Source: Bdellovibrionales bacterium
GTDB taxonomy: Bacteria; Bdellovibrionota; Bdellovibrionia; Bdellovibrionales; UBA1609
DNA length: 64,000 nt
Assembly (NCBI GenBank): GCA_027317865.1
Contig: DAHVQG010000007.1
Coordinates: forward strand, 32,001-96,000
Reading direction: 5' to 3'
Shown here one piece after another: positions 21,757 through 32,262 of the stretch. The number at the start of each line of letters is the position of its first letter. The first letter of the stretch is position 1. Below the pieces are notes generated by a model. The model was not told the origin of the DNA. It searched no databases and saw only the letters and a program-made list of their open reading frames with translations. Made by a program: the position numbers and the translations under genes.

Positions 21757-23859
21757 GTGGCATTGCAACCCGACACAGATATCCAATACTTAAAAGGAGT
21801 GGGGCCGAAGCTCGGTGCGATTCTTCGCCATCGTGGAGTGGCCACTGTTGCGGATCTTTTAGAGTGGTACCCGCGAGCTTACGAAGACCGCCGGGCGATG
21901 CGTAACATTGCTTCGCTAGAGGCCGGGCAAGTCGTAAGTCTAGAAGCCACCGTGCGGTCTGTTCGGTCGATGCCCATGGGCAAGAGCCACCGCCGCATTT
22001 ATGAGATCGTCATCGCGGATTCAAGTGGCCGCATCGCATGCAAATATTTTCGCGTTCCTTACAAGGGCTATTTTGAACGGTTTACGACCCAACAAACCGT
22101 TCGAGTCGCCGGTAAAGTTATTTTGTATAGAGGGCGTCTTGAATTTCATCATCCTGATCTGCAAGTGGTCTACGAAGACGATCCAAAAGTTGCCGACCAG
22201 TTGATCCCGCTTTACACGGATACTGAAGGCTTAAGCCCGGCTAAACTCCGAAAGTTGATGCAAACTGCGTTATCTGAGCTGCTCGATCGGCCATCATCTG
22301 CGAGTTCGCAACCGGCTATGACCGAAGTCATGCCGGTCTGGATGCGCGAGAAATATCAGTTATTGACCCGGGCGCAAGCGCTTAAGCAGATTCATCAACC
22401 GCCGACGGAAGAAGCGGCGGACTATTTGAAATTTCGCGCACCCGCGCAACGCCGGATTATTTTTGAAGAATTCTTTTGGATGGAGTTGCATATGGCACGG
22501 CGACGCTTGGGAATGCAGCGCGAGCAAGCACCTGCAATGGCGCCTGCGCCAAAAATGATCGAACAGTTAAAAAAATCGCTCCCTTTCGCGCTGACGAACG
22601 CGCAACTTCGAGTGTTTAAAGAAATCGAACGCGATTTGAGTGAACCGCATCCGATGCATCGGCTTGTGCAGGGTGATGTGGGGTCGGGCAAAACTCTTGT
22701 CGCACTATTATCGACGTTGGTTGTAAAAGAAAGCGGTTATCAATCGGCGATGATGGTGCCAACTGAAATTCTCGCTGAGCAACATTTCAAAAGTAGCGAA
22801 CGATTTTTGTCTCCTCTGGGTGTTAGGGTCGCGTGTCTTACCGGCACTATGAAAGAGCGGGAGCACAGCGAAATTCGAGAGCGTCTTGTCGCTGGCGAAA
22901 TCGACTTATTAATTGGCACGCATGCCCTTATTGAAAACGACGTTTTGTTTAAAAAATTGGGGCTCGTAATTATCGACGAACAACATCGGTTCGGCGTAGA
23001 ACAGCGGATGCGGCTCAAGAAAAATCAATCGCCGCATTTTTTGGTGATGACCGCAACACCCATTCCGCGAACTCTCGCGATGACAGTTTACGGAGATCTT
23101 GATGTCTCGATAATCGACGAAATGCCACCGGGAAGATCGCCGATTGTCACCAGAAAAGTATTTTCATCTAAACGTGATTTGGTGTTTGATTTTTTATATC
23201 AACAAGTAAAGAAAGGCCGCCAAGCGTACGTTATTTACCCGCTGGTTGAAGAGAGTGAAAAAATCGATTTGAAAAACGCAGTGTCAGAATATGAGACTTT
23301 AAGGGCACGCTTTCCGGATCTTCGCATTGGGCTGTTGCATGGTAAAATGAAGGGTGACGAAAAAGAGGCCGTAATGGATCTTTTTCGAACGGGAGAGATT
23401 CAAGTTCTAGTGTCGACGACAGTGATCGAAGTGGGTGTTGACGTGCCAAATGCGAACTTGATTATAATTGAGCACGCCGAACGTTTTGGTTTGTCGCAGC
23501 TTCATCAATTGCGTGGTCGCGTCGGACGTGGTGAACTCAAGAGCTATTGCGTGCTTGTTCTTGGCTATGCCATTTCTGAAGAAGCGATTCAGCGTGCCGA
23601 CGTAATCGTGGGCACAACCGACGGATTTAAAATCGCAGAGGCCGATTTGGAGATTCGAGGGCCTGGAGAATTTCTCGGACGGCGTCAATCCGGTTTGCCG
23701 GGCTTTCGAATGGCTAACCTTGTTCGAGATATTACGCTCCTGCAGGAGGCACGTGCCGCCGCTCGCGACATTCTCGAACATGATCCTGAGCTACGCGAAC
23801 CGCACCATAAATTTATTCGCGATACTATGAGCGTCCATTCGAAGGCCATCGTAGGATAA
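21757..23859 (+). CDS. recG: ATP-dependent DNA helicase RecG
   Basis: LKGVGP, QGDVGSGKT, DEQHRFG, TATPIPRT, QLHQLRGRVGR. Start moved to GTG 21757 to avoid overlap with the HD-GYP gene. Confidence 0.97.
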   Translation: MALQPDTDIQYLKGVGPKLGAILRHRGVATVADLLEWYPRAYEDRRAMRNIASLEAGQVVSLEATVRSVRSMPMGKSHRRIYEIVIADSSGRIACKYFRVPYKGYFERFTTQQTVRVAGKVILYRGRLEFHHPDLQVVYEDDPKVADQLIPLYTDTEGLSPAKLRKLMQTALSELLDRPSSASSQPAMTEVMPVWMREKYQLLTRAQALKQIHQPPTEEAADYLKFRAPAQRRIIFEEFFWMELHMARRRLGMQREQAPAMAPAPKMIEQLKKSLPFALTNAQLRVFKEIERDLSEPHPMHRLVQGDVGSGKTLVALLSTLVVKESGYQSAMMVPTEILAEQHFKSSERFLSPLGVRVACLTGTMKEREHSEIRERLVAGEIDLLIGTHALIENDVLFKKLGLVIIDEQHRFGVEQRMRLKKNQSPHFLVMTATPIPRTLAMTVYGDLDVSIIDEMPPGRSPIVTRKVFSSKRDLVFDFLYQQVKKGRQAYVIYPLVEESEKIDLKNAVSEYETLRARFPDLRIGLLHGKMKGDEKEAVMDLFRTGEIQVLVSTTVIEVGVDVPNANLIIIEHAERFGLSQLHQLRGRVGRGELKSYCVLVLGYAISEEAIQRADVIVGTTDGFKIAEADLEIRGPGEFLGRRQSGLPGFRMANLVRDITLLQEARAAARDILEHDPELREPHHKFIRDTMSVHSKAIVG

Positions 23860-23876
23860 ATATCGGTTAGATATAA

Positions 23877-24464
23877 TTGACTGAGGTCATTCACTTTGCT
23901 ACTGAGCTCGTCATGCATTTTTTGAAATCAAGTGACCGTTCATTGGGGTTTATTTGCGCAATTGCGATGATGTGCGCATTTGGATTAACGGCTTGCAAAA
24001 CGGTTTCGGTCGACGAAAACGGGGCTGTTTCACCAGTAGTACTTACTCACCTGCAACAATTTGTGGGCATATACAGCGGAAAGCTCATACTAAAGGACTC
24101 ACTGGATATGTTTGCCGACAAGGTCCTGAATTCGCGTTTTTCTGTTTTACTTTCGCTGCAAGGTAACCGGCCGGTGCTAACACCGAACGCCGATATTCTC
24201 GGGCACGGTTGTGGTTCAAAAATCGGAAAGCTTAAAATGCTCGACCTTGATGGCGGGTGGGATGTCACCGGAACTTTTAAATTCGATCCTGGTCGCTGTG
24301 TTTCAGCGACATCGGGACGTGAAGTTCTATTTTCAGTAGATCGCGACGGCGAGGCCCAATTGGTTTTGCTTCAAAGAGCGATGGTTCGCGTGCGGCCACA
24401 ACTCATCGAAAATTTCGATTTTGAGGCTGAATTACACAAATTAAAAAAAACGGGCCAAAACTAA
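23877..24464 (+). CDS. Hypothetical lipoprotein
   Basis: Lipobox-like LTAC after a hydrophobic stretch; start uncertain. Confidence 0.6.
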   Translation: MTEVIHFATELVMHFLKSSDRSLGFICAIAMMCAFGLTACKTVSVDENGAVSPVVLTHLQQFVGIYSGKLILKDSLDMFADKVLNSRFSVLLSLQGNRPVLTPNADILGHGCGSKIGKLKMLDLDGGWDVTGTFKFDPGRCVSATSGREVLFSVDRDGEAQLVLLQRAMVRVRPQLIENFDFEAELHKLKKTGQN

Positions 24465-24475
24465 GCCGGGCGCTT

Positions 24476-26203
24476 TTATCTTCGGGGCCTGAATACTTTT
24501 AAAGTTGAGCTGATTTTTCTAAAAATTTGGCGTGATTCATCGACATTTAAAAACCACGTTATTGCAAGATAAAGTGCGCCGAAAACAAATAACCAAAATA
24601 CGGCCGTAAAATCATAATGAAGCCAATGCGCGTGCAAAATGCGAAATAACAAAGACGCTTTCAAATTCAATTTCGTCAATCCGATCACGACGACGGCGGC
24701 TGCGCAGGCGGCTGAACCGATTTTGAACAAAAATTGAAATGGCATTGTGAGGCGGCCGATTTTATTTGAAAGTGCAAGATGAAGTCCGCCAAATTCAACA
24801 AAGGCTGAAAGCCCGGCCGAAGCCGTAAGCCCGACGGCGCCCATCCCCAGCTCAACGTTATGGATGTGCGGTACCGCTAAGCCGATTACATGAAAACAAA
24901 AATGAGTTATAAATGACCGAAGCGGAAACGCAAACAGATACCCTAATAACGCCGTTAAAATCACGCGTATCACGGCGTATTTTAGCGGCGTTTTTGTATC
25001 GCGAAGGGCGTAGAAAGCCGATTGGTAAAGACGGCTCCAGGTCGAGACGAAAAGACCGATCGCCATTCCGATAAGAACATACCAAACATAAAGCGTGTCG
25101 TTGGCCGAAAAGTGGCCAGTTTGAAAAATCGCTTCGACAACGTAGCGGCCTAAAAATATAAGTACCACAACTGAAGGAGCGACAAAATAAGCCATATGCT
25201 GACGGCTGACGGTCAGTCGCCGGCGCAACGCTTCGTGACCACCTTGGTGATCATGGTCGGTGCTTGACATATCCGGCAGTTCAGCTGCCGCAACGGACAT
25301 GCCGAATAGGCTAAATGGCAAAAGGTAAATGGTTTGCGCGTAACCCAAACACGCAACGGCGCTGGCTCCAAGAAAACTGCCGATGATGCTGTCAATGTAC
25401 GCGCTCAACTGCACAACGCCGCGGCTCACCACCACCGGAATCGAATTTTTAAAAATTTCGCGTACATGCGAAATGCGGTGCTCGAGCGACCAATGCCAAC
25501 CTTTCGTGAGTTTATAAACAATTGGGACCTGCACTAAAAACTGAAGGAGCGCGCCGGCAACCGCTCCCCATGCGAGATAAACTGTGAGACTGGCAAGCGA
25601 TCGGGTCATATGGCCGCCGAAAATAAGAGCGGCAACCATGGCGCCATTCCAAACGACGGGCGCCGCGTACGAAAGAAAAAACTTGCGATGCGAATTTAAT
25701 ATCCCAAGGCACCACGCCGAAAGCACAAGTAAACCCACGCCCGGGAATAAAATGCGTACCAACTCTATAGTAAGAATACGAGTGCCGCCGGTAAAACCAG
25801 GGGCGATGGCGTCGACAAATGTGGGAGTAAAAGTCACTCCAAGGAGCACAAAAATCGCCATACCCACCGCAAGAAGACTGCCGACAATCCCCGCCACTTG
25901 ATCGGCTAGCTCTTGTTCGTTCTCGGCAAGTAATTTTGAATAGACAGGAATAAATGACGCCGACAAAACGCCCTCGCCAAACAAATTCTGTAGAAAATTT
26001 GGAATCCGCAAAGCCGCTCGAAACGCTCCTGCAGCGGCGGAGTTGCCAAGGTAATAGGCAAAAACGCGGCTACGAATCAAACCTGAAATGCGGCTAAGAA
26101 AAATACCGAACCCAACCCAAAATGCGTAACTTGATGATGGTTTTGATAAATTTTTCTGATGTGTTGTAGATGCTTCATTCATAAATAATCCTTGAGTCAT
26201 CAT
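24476..26203 (-). CDS. murJ: Lipid II flippase MurJ (MviN)
   Basis: SRISGLIR, F.AALRIPN..QNLFGEGVLSASFIP, FYALRDTKTP; multiple TM helices. Confidence 0.95.
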   Translation of the reverse strand: MMTQGLFMNEASTTHQKNLSKPSSSYAFWVGFGIFLSRISGLIRSRVFAYYLGNSAAAGAFRAALRIPNFLQNLFGEGVLSASFIPVYSKLLAENEQELADQVAGIVGSLLAVGMAIFVLLGVTFTPTFVDAIAPGFTGGTRILTIELVRILFPGVGLLVLSAWCLGILNSHRKFFLSYAAPVVWNGAMVAALIFGGHMTRSLASLTVYLAWGAVAGALLQFLVQVPIVYKLTKGWHWSLEHRISHVREIFKNSIPVVVSRGVVQLSAYIDSIIGSFLGASAVACLGYAQTIYLLPFSLFGMSVAAAELPDMSSTDHDHQGGHEALRRRLTVSRQHMAYFVAPSVVVLIFLGRYVVEAIFQTGHFSANDTLYVWYVLIGMAIGLFVSTWSRLYQSAFYALRDTKTPLKYAVIRVILTALLGYLFAFPLRSFITHFCFHVIGLAVPHIHNVELGMGAVGLTASAGLSAFVEFGGLHLALSNKIGRLTMPFQFLFKIGSAACAAAVVVIGLTKLNLKASLLFRILHAHWLHYDFTAVFWLFVFGALYLAITWFLNVDESRQIFRKISSTLKVFRPRR

Positions 26204-26354
26204 ATCTTAATGCTTTTCGTCAAATCACTGCAGTGTGCCATGCGTTAAAAATTTGAAAAATTTTCGTGTTTCGAGACCTACGTCGTGCTGATATGTGCGG
26301 CATAATTTTTTGATTGCGGAGGGGCAATCAGAAACGGGGAAACGGGGGGCATCA

Positions 26355-28586
26355 ATGAAGACGGGTGAGAAGGATCAAAACGGTAGAGGTCGGTACAACA
26401 AGAGCCAGCACAATTCGCTTCTAAGAGGACTGGCGTACGCAGCAATCGTCGTTAGTTCAACTGCGGGTATAAGCGCAAATGTTCAAGCTGGAACAGTCTT
26501 AAAATTGCGCGCTGGCCAGTACAACATGAACCAACTGGCGATTAACCCGTATGTCACGACGCTCATGTCTGTAAAAAACGAAAAACCTCTGCATTACATC
26601 TTGCAATTTAAGCGGCCGTTGACGGTCGAAGAAAAATCGCAAATAACTGCGCGCGGAATTCAATTTCTCCGTTATATACCCGAAGACGCCTACATAGTGC
26701 GGGCGAAAAACTCAACCCTCGCGAATCTCCAACAGGCCAATTCTATTGTGCAAGGTTACACATATTACCAAGCAGCTTTTAAACTGAGTCCGCAACTTGA
26801 AAAATACGCGGCTCAAGATGCCAGTCGACCGGCGCTTGTCAATGTGTACACGCTTGATTCACAAAACAAGGTTGAAACTAAACTGAAAGCATTGGGCGCA
26901 AAAGTTGTTCAAAGCGGCCCGGGGGTCGTAACGGTTAAAGTAACCGGCTCACAGGTTGGCAATTTGGCAAAGATCGACAGCGTCGAATGGGTTGAAAAGG
27001 CACCAAAAATCGGCCTATTGGACTTTGCTCCTGACGGGACCACGCTTCCACCGTCAACTGAAGGCCACCTTTCGCAACTGACCGGATATGAAACGGGCAC
27101 GAAAGTTATGAACTTTGATGCCGCTTGGAATGCGGGGCTCAAGGGGCAGGGGCAATTAGTGACTGTTGGTGATACGGGCCTTGATACAGGTAACCTTGCC
27201 ACATTATCTCCTGATTTTAGCTCAGTTCTGTATAACGCCATTATTTTTGGAATTGGTTCCAGTACCTGGGGCGATCCGATGGGGCACGGCACACACGTGT
27301 CCGGATCGATTGTTGGCCAAGGCGTTTTATCAAACGGCCTTGTTCACGGTGGCGCGCCCGGAGCGCAACTTCTAATGGAAAGTTTGTGGTCGCAACAATA
27401 TAAAACGCTCACAACCCCAGATAATTTAGCGACGTTGTTCCAAGATGCATACAATGACGGTTCGCGCGTGCATTCAGATTCATGGGGATCGGTCAACGTG
27501 CCCAGCGGAGTTTATGACGCGCAGGCGGCAACATTTGACCAATTCATTTGGCAACATCCAAGTATGGTGATTTTAGTCGCTGCTGGTAACGACGGTGTCG
27601 ACGCCAATGGCAACGGCCGTGTCGATGCCGATTCGGTGAAATCACCTGGTACGGCCAAAAATATCATTTCGGTTGGCGCATCAAAAAATTATGACCCGAA
27701 TGAAGGGTTACAGATGCAGGTTGGCGATGCGTGTTTTGTAAATCCAAAAACGGGCAAGTGCTTTGTTGATCCGAAAACGGGCCAAGTCATTCACCAATGG
27801 CCTGTTGGTCCGTTAGCGAGCTCATACTTTTCGGACAATCCGGATGGATTGGCGCCGTTCTCGTCGCGCGGCCCGACTGCAGACGGACGCATAAAGCCTG
27901 ATATTGTTGCGCCAGGTACCAACATTCTTTCAGATTGCTCCCAATACCCTGGAGCGAGCACCTTGTGGGGCCGGTTCAACCAGAACTACTGCTGGTCAGG
28001 TGGCACATCCATGGCTACCCCATTAACTGCAGCAGCAGTGGTTTTGATTCGCCAGTATCTTCAACAGTCGGGAGCGCCATCTCCATCAGCCGCTCTTGTA
28101 AAAGCTATTCTTTTGCATACCGCCTACGATATGTACCCAGGCGAATTTGGTGCGATCGGAGCTAAAAATGGACAAGAAATCCTGACTCCAGCACCTAATG
28201 GCGATGAAGGCTTCGGCCGCGTTGATTTGGCCAATGTCATTAATGAGAACATTGAGTTTGTTGATGAAAAAACGGGTGTCGGAACAGGTCAAGTGATGCG
28301 TTACAGTGCGCCGGCAACAACTCGTAAGGTGACGTTGGTTTACACGGATTATCCTGGTTCGCCGACGGCCGCAACGGCGTTGGTTAACCACCTCGGTCTT
28401 GAAGTTGTGGTGGGCAATCAGGTTTTTCGCACCCACGATAAAGTTGATAACGCTAAGCAGATTGTCATACCTGAGTCAGTTGTTGCATCAGCGCATGGGG
28501 ATGATGAAATTGTCGTGACGGGCACGAACGTTCCGATGGGCAACAGTTACGGCAAGCAGCCTTTTGCACTAGTGTTTTCAAATTAG
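26355..28586 (+). CDS. Secreted subtilisin-like S8 serine protease
   Basis: Catalytic triad VGDTG, GHGTHV, GTSMATP; AAGN oxyanion motif; FSSRGPT.DGRIKPD. Confidence 0.93.
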   Translation: MKTGEKDQNGRGRYNKSQHNSLLRGLAYAAIVVSSTAGISANVQAGTVLKLRAGQYNMNQLAINPYVTTLMSVKNEKPLHYILQFKRPLTVEEKSQITARGIQFLRYIPEDAYIVRAKNSTLANLQQANSIVQGYTYYQAAFKLSPQLEKYAAQDASRPALVNVYTLDSQNKVETKLKALGAKVVQSGPGVVTVKVTGSQVGNLAKIDSVEWVEKAPKIGLLDFAPDGTTLPPSTEGHLSQLTGYETGTKVMNFDAAWNAGLKGQGQLVTVGDTGLDTGNLATLSPDFSSVLYNAIIFGIGSSTWGDPMGHGTHVSGSIVGQGVLSNGLVHGGAPGAQLLMESLWSQQYKTLTTPDNLATLFQDAYNDGSRVHSDSWGSVNVPSGVYDAQAATFDQFIWQHPSMVILVAAGNDGVDANGNGRVDADSVKSPGTAKNIISVGASKNYDPNEGLQMQVGDACFVNPKTGKCFVDPKTGQVIHQWPVGPLASSYFSDNPDGLAPFSSRGPTADGRIKPDIVAPGTNILSDCSQYPGASTLWGRFNQNYCWSGGTSMATPLTAAAVVLIRQYLQQSGAPSPSAALVKAILLHTAYDMYPGEFGAIGAKNGQEILTPAPNGDEGFGRVDLANVINENIEFVDEKTGVGTGQVMRYSAPATTRKVTLVYTDYPGSPTAATALVNHLGLEVVVGNQVFRTHDKVDNAKQIVIPESVVASAHGDDEIVVTGTNVPMGNSYGKQPFALVFSN

Positions 28587-28725
28587 GCTGTGTTGGAAAT
28601 TTTTTACTATCGAAATGTGTGAAAACAGCGAAAATATTTCAGGCGAGCGACAAATCGTGTCGCCTGAAATTGATAAGTCGTGTCAAAAATGGTAAATAAG
28701 CTCCAACAGTTACTAGGAAGGGTGA

Positions 28726-29217
28726 ATGGCTCAATTCAATATCGGGGACAATGCCGTATATGCGGGGAGCGGTGTCGGCCGAATTATAGCGATCGAAACG
28801 AAGGAGCTTTGTGGAATTAAGCAAACCTTCTATCGCTTTCAGCTTTTCAATAGCAATGTGTCGGCCCTGGTGCCCGTAAACAGCTCAGAATCGAAATTGC
28901 GCCCGATTATTTCAAAAGATGAGGCGAACCGGGTTGTTTCGATTGTCCGCCGCAAAGACATAAAAATAGACAAACAAACTTGGAATCGTCGGTATCGCGA
29001 GTACATGGAGAAAATTAAAACGGGCTCGGTGTACGAAATTGCCGAAGTCTTCCGCGACCTATATCTATTGCGAGGCGAAAAAGAATTAAGCCATGGCGAA
29101 AAAAAGATGCTTGAGCTGGCGCGTGGCTACTTGTTTCGCGAACTTCAGTTGTCTATTGGTGAAGCGAATATGAAAACTGAAGAGGATATGGTCCGCTACA
29201 TTGAATCCGCCGAATAA
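28726..29217 (+). CDS. carD: CarD/CdnL-family transcription factor
   Basis: F.IGD.AVY...GVGRI, WNRRYREY.EKIKTG, LS.GEKKML. Confidence 0.9.
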   Translation: MAQFNIGDNAVYAGSGVGRIIAIETKELCGIKQTFYRFQLFNSNVSALVPVNSSESKLRPIISKDEANRVVSIVRRKDIKIDKQTWNRRYREYMEKIKTGSVYEIAEVFRDLYLLRGEKELSHGEKKMLELARGYLFRELQLSIGEANMKTEEDMVRYIESAE

Positions 29218-30724
29218 ATCTCAATTAAAAATTCGAACAAGGTTTGCGCCGAGTCCGACCGGTTATTTACATGTTGGGGGCGCGCGAACGGCGCTTTATT
29301 GTTATCTATTTGCCCGCCAGAATGCCGGCGAATTCGTATTACGAGTTGAAGATACCGATGAACAGCGCTCGACCGAAGATTCGATGCGCCAACAGCTTTC
29401 AGATTTGAAATGGCTGGGATACGCCTATCAAGAAGGCGTTGATGCCGACACGCTTAATGATCGTGGCCCGTACGGACCGTACAGGCAAAGTCAAAGGCTC
29501 GCGATTTATCGCGAGTACGCCGATCGGCTTCTCAAAGAAGGCAAAGCGTATTATTGCTTTTTAAGTGACGAAGAAATTGCCGAGCAGCGTGCGCAAGCTG
29601 AGCGCGCTGGTCGCCCACATCAAGTGGTAAGCCCATATCGAAATTGGTCTCTTAAAGATGCTGAAAAGAAAATTGCGGATGGGGGCGTATCACCTACAGT
29701 AAGGTTTCGTGTTTCGGATCTCAATCGCGAGTACAAATTTCGCGATTTAGTGCGGGGTGATGTCACATTCCCGTCGGATATGGTAGGCGATTTTGTCCTT
29801 TTGCGTTCGGGCGGTATGCCAGTTTACAATTTTTGCTGTGTTATCGACGACGCCTTGATGAAGATCTCACATGTTTTACGAGCTGAAGAACATCTTTCAA
29901 ATACGCTGCGGCAACTTATGTTGTACGAGGCGCTTGATTTTGAACCACCGCAGTTCGGTCATCTCTCCATTATTTTAGGACCCGATCGGCAAAAGCTTTC
30001 AAAGCGCCACGGTGCCACGAGCGTTCATGAATACCGTGAGCGGGGCTATTTGCCTGAGGCGCTCAGCAATTTCATTGCACTTCTTGGCTGGAGCTCGCCA
30101 AAAGGGCAAGAAATTCTATCGATGTCCGAGCTAATCGAACAATTTTCACTTGATCGATTGCATCCCGCGGCCGCCGTTTTCGATGAAGCTAAGCTCAAAT
30201 GGGTGAATGCCCAACATTTGCGGGCGCTGCCGCACAGTGAATTGTGGAATTTAATTGAACCGTTTCTCACTAGGGCCGGGCTGCAAATGCCTGAGGATGC
30301 AAATTGGCGCGAACGTTCACTTCAGCTATTTAAAACATCGATGGAAGTCTTGTCAGATGCCGTTGAACTCTACCGGCCTCTGTCGATAAGTGGGGCAAAT
30401 GGCGGATTCACAGTTCACGATGAAGCGCGCGAAACGCTCAGCTGGCCATCGACCGTCAAGGTTGTCGAGGAGTGGCGTAAACAACTTGAAACAGCTGCGT
30501 CGAAAAGTACAAGCGCCTATTTATCAGAAGAGGAATTTGCGACAATTCAAAATAATGTGAAATCAAATTGTGCCGTTAAGGGCAAAGAACTTTTTATGCC
30601 CATTCGTGTGGCGGTTCTAGGTAAGCCCCACGGAGCCGAGTTGAAAATTTTGGTACCGCTCATTGAGAAATCGATTTTAATAGAGCGTGCGAAAATCGTG
30701 CTCGATCATATTCTTCGCGGTTAA
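29201..30724 (+). CDS. gltX: Glutamate--tRNA ligase
   Basis: RFAPSPTGYLHVGG, LRVEDTD, KLSKR. Confidence 0.97.
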   Translation: MNPPNKSQLKIRTRFAPSPTGYLHVGGARTALYCYLFARQNAGEFVLRVEDTDEQRSTEDSMRQQLSDLKWLGYAYQEGVDADTLNDRGPYGPYRQSQRLAIYREYADRLLKEGKAYYCFLSDEEIAEQRAQAERAGRPHQVVSPYRNWSLKDAEKKIADGGVSPTVRFRVSDLNREYKFRDLVRGDVTFPSDMVGDFVLLRSGGMPVYNFCCVIDDALMKISHVLRAEEHLSNTLRQLMLYEALDFEPPQFGHLSIILGPDRQKLSKRHGATSVHEYRERGYLPEALSNFIALLGWSSPKGQEILSMSELIEQFSLDRLHPAAAVFDEAKLKWVNAQHLRALPHSELWNLIEPFLTRAGLQMPEDANWRERSLQLFKTSMEVLSDAVELYRPLSISGANGGFTVHDEARETLSWPSTVKVVEEWRKQLETAASKSTSAYLSEEEFATIQNNVKSNCAVKGKELFMPIRVAVLGKPHGAELKILVPLIEKSILIERAKIVLDHILRG

Positions 30725-30754
30725 GGCGTTTAAAATGGGCGCGAGGAATTGAAA

Positions 30755-32221
30755 ATGAGCTTACAAATCTACAACACAATGACGCGAAAAAAAGAAGTGT
30801 TTACGCCACTTGAGCCGGGCCACGTGAAAATGTACGTGTGCGGGCCGACTGTTTATGATTTTTTGCATATCGGGAATTTTTTTGGCGCAATCTTTTTTAA
30901 TCTTGTACGTAATTGGCTTGAACGGTCCGGGTATAAGGTCGATTTTGTTTATAATTACACGGATGTTGATGACAAGATCATCAATCGCGCACGTAAGGAC
31001 GGGCGGCCGGCCAGCGAAATTGCAGAAACTTATATTACTGAATTTGAAAAAGATTATCGAGCATTGGGGTTAAAAAAGCACACGCACAACCCGCGTGTCA
31101 CCCAGTACATCCCGCAAATAATCGCTTTTATTGAAGATCTCATTCGACGGGGCAAAGCATACGCGGTGGATGGCGATGTATACTTTGCGGTTACGAGTTT
31201 TGACGGATACGGTAAGCTTTCAAATAAAAAATTGGATGAACTGATGACCGGCGTGCGTGTCGATATTAACGAGCACAAGCATCATGCGGCCGATTTTGCA
31301 CTTTGGAAGTCCGCAAAACCAGGTGAGCCGGCGTGGCCCTCGCCGTGGGGAGCGGGACGCCCGGGCTGGCATATTGAGTGTTCGTGTATGGCATCGGCTC
31401 TTTTGGGTGAAACGATTGACATTCACGGCGGCGGGTTGGATCTCATTTTTCCGCACCACGAGAATGAAATTGCACAAAGCGAAGGGCGTACCGGCCATAC
31501 CTTTGCGCGCTACTGGATGCACAACAATATGCTCGTGTTTTCAAATCAAAAAATGTCGAAATCTCTGGGTAATGTGCGAACCGGCCGATCGTTTATGGAG
31601 GAGTATAATCCTGAAATTTTAAAATTCATGATTCTATCATCTCATTATCGCAGTCACGTCGATTTTTCGCCATCGCAAATCGAAAATGCCATCTCGGGTC
31701 TTGCGCGATTTTATTCAAGTCTTGCCTTGGCCGATAAACTGAGACAATCAAAATTGCCGCTTGTGCCACTGCCGCATAAATTTGAACAGGCGATAGCTAA
31801 TGCTGATCAAAAAGTGACCGAAGCGCTCAATGACGATTTTAACACTCCGGAGGCAATGGCGGCATTTTACGAACTGATGCATATTTTCAATTCGTTGTGC
31901 CGAACGCCGGGTAAAGTAAAACCGGAGCAAGTGGCGGTCGCTGAGGTTTATTATTCGTGGCTACGCAAACAAGGCGAGTTGATGGCGCTTTTTCAAGAAG
32001 AACCGCACACATTTTTACGATCTTTGGACGACATGATTTTAAATAGAAAAAAACTCGATCGCGCTCAAATTGAAGTTTTGGTAGCCGAACGCGCAAAAGC
32101 CCGCCAAGAAAAAAACTACGCGCGTTCAGATGAATTGCGTCTTGAGCTCACACGAATGGGCGTTTTGGTACAAGACTCAGCCGAAGGTTCGGTTTGGGAA
32201 GTCGACAAATCACAATTGTGA
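30755..32221 (+). CDS. cysS: Cysteine--tRNA ligase
   Basis: YVCGPTVY, HIGN, GRPGWHIECS, FPHHENE, KMSKS. Confidence 0.98.
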   Translation: MSLQIYNTMTRKKEVFTPLEPGHVKMYVCGPTVYDFLHIGNFFGAIFFNLVRNWLERSGYKVDFVYNYTDVDDKIINRARKDGRPASEIAETYITEFEKDYRALGLKKHTHNPRVTQYIPQIIAFIEDLIRRGKAYAVDGDVYFAVTSFDGYGKLSNKKLDELMTGVRVDINEHKHHAADFALWKSAKPGEPAWPSPWGAGRPGWHIECSCMASALLGETIDIHGGGLDLIFPHHENEIAQSEGRTGHTFARYWMHNNMLVFSNQKMSKSLGNVRTGRSFMEEYNPEILKFMILSSHYRSHVDFSPSQIENAISGLARFYSSLALADKLRQSKLPLVPLPHKFEQAIANADQKVTEALNDDFNTPEAMAAFYELMHIFNSLCRTPGKVKPEQVAVAEVYYSWLRKQGELMALFQEEPHTFLRSLDDMILNRKKLDRAQIEVLVAERAKARQEKNYARSDELRLELTRMGVLVQDSAEGSVWEVDKSQL

Positions 32222-32262
32222 TATGATGCTGCTGTGACTAATAATGCACGCGGCGAGCGCAC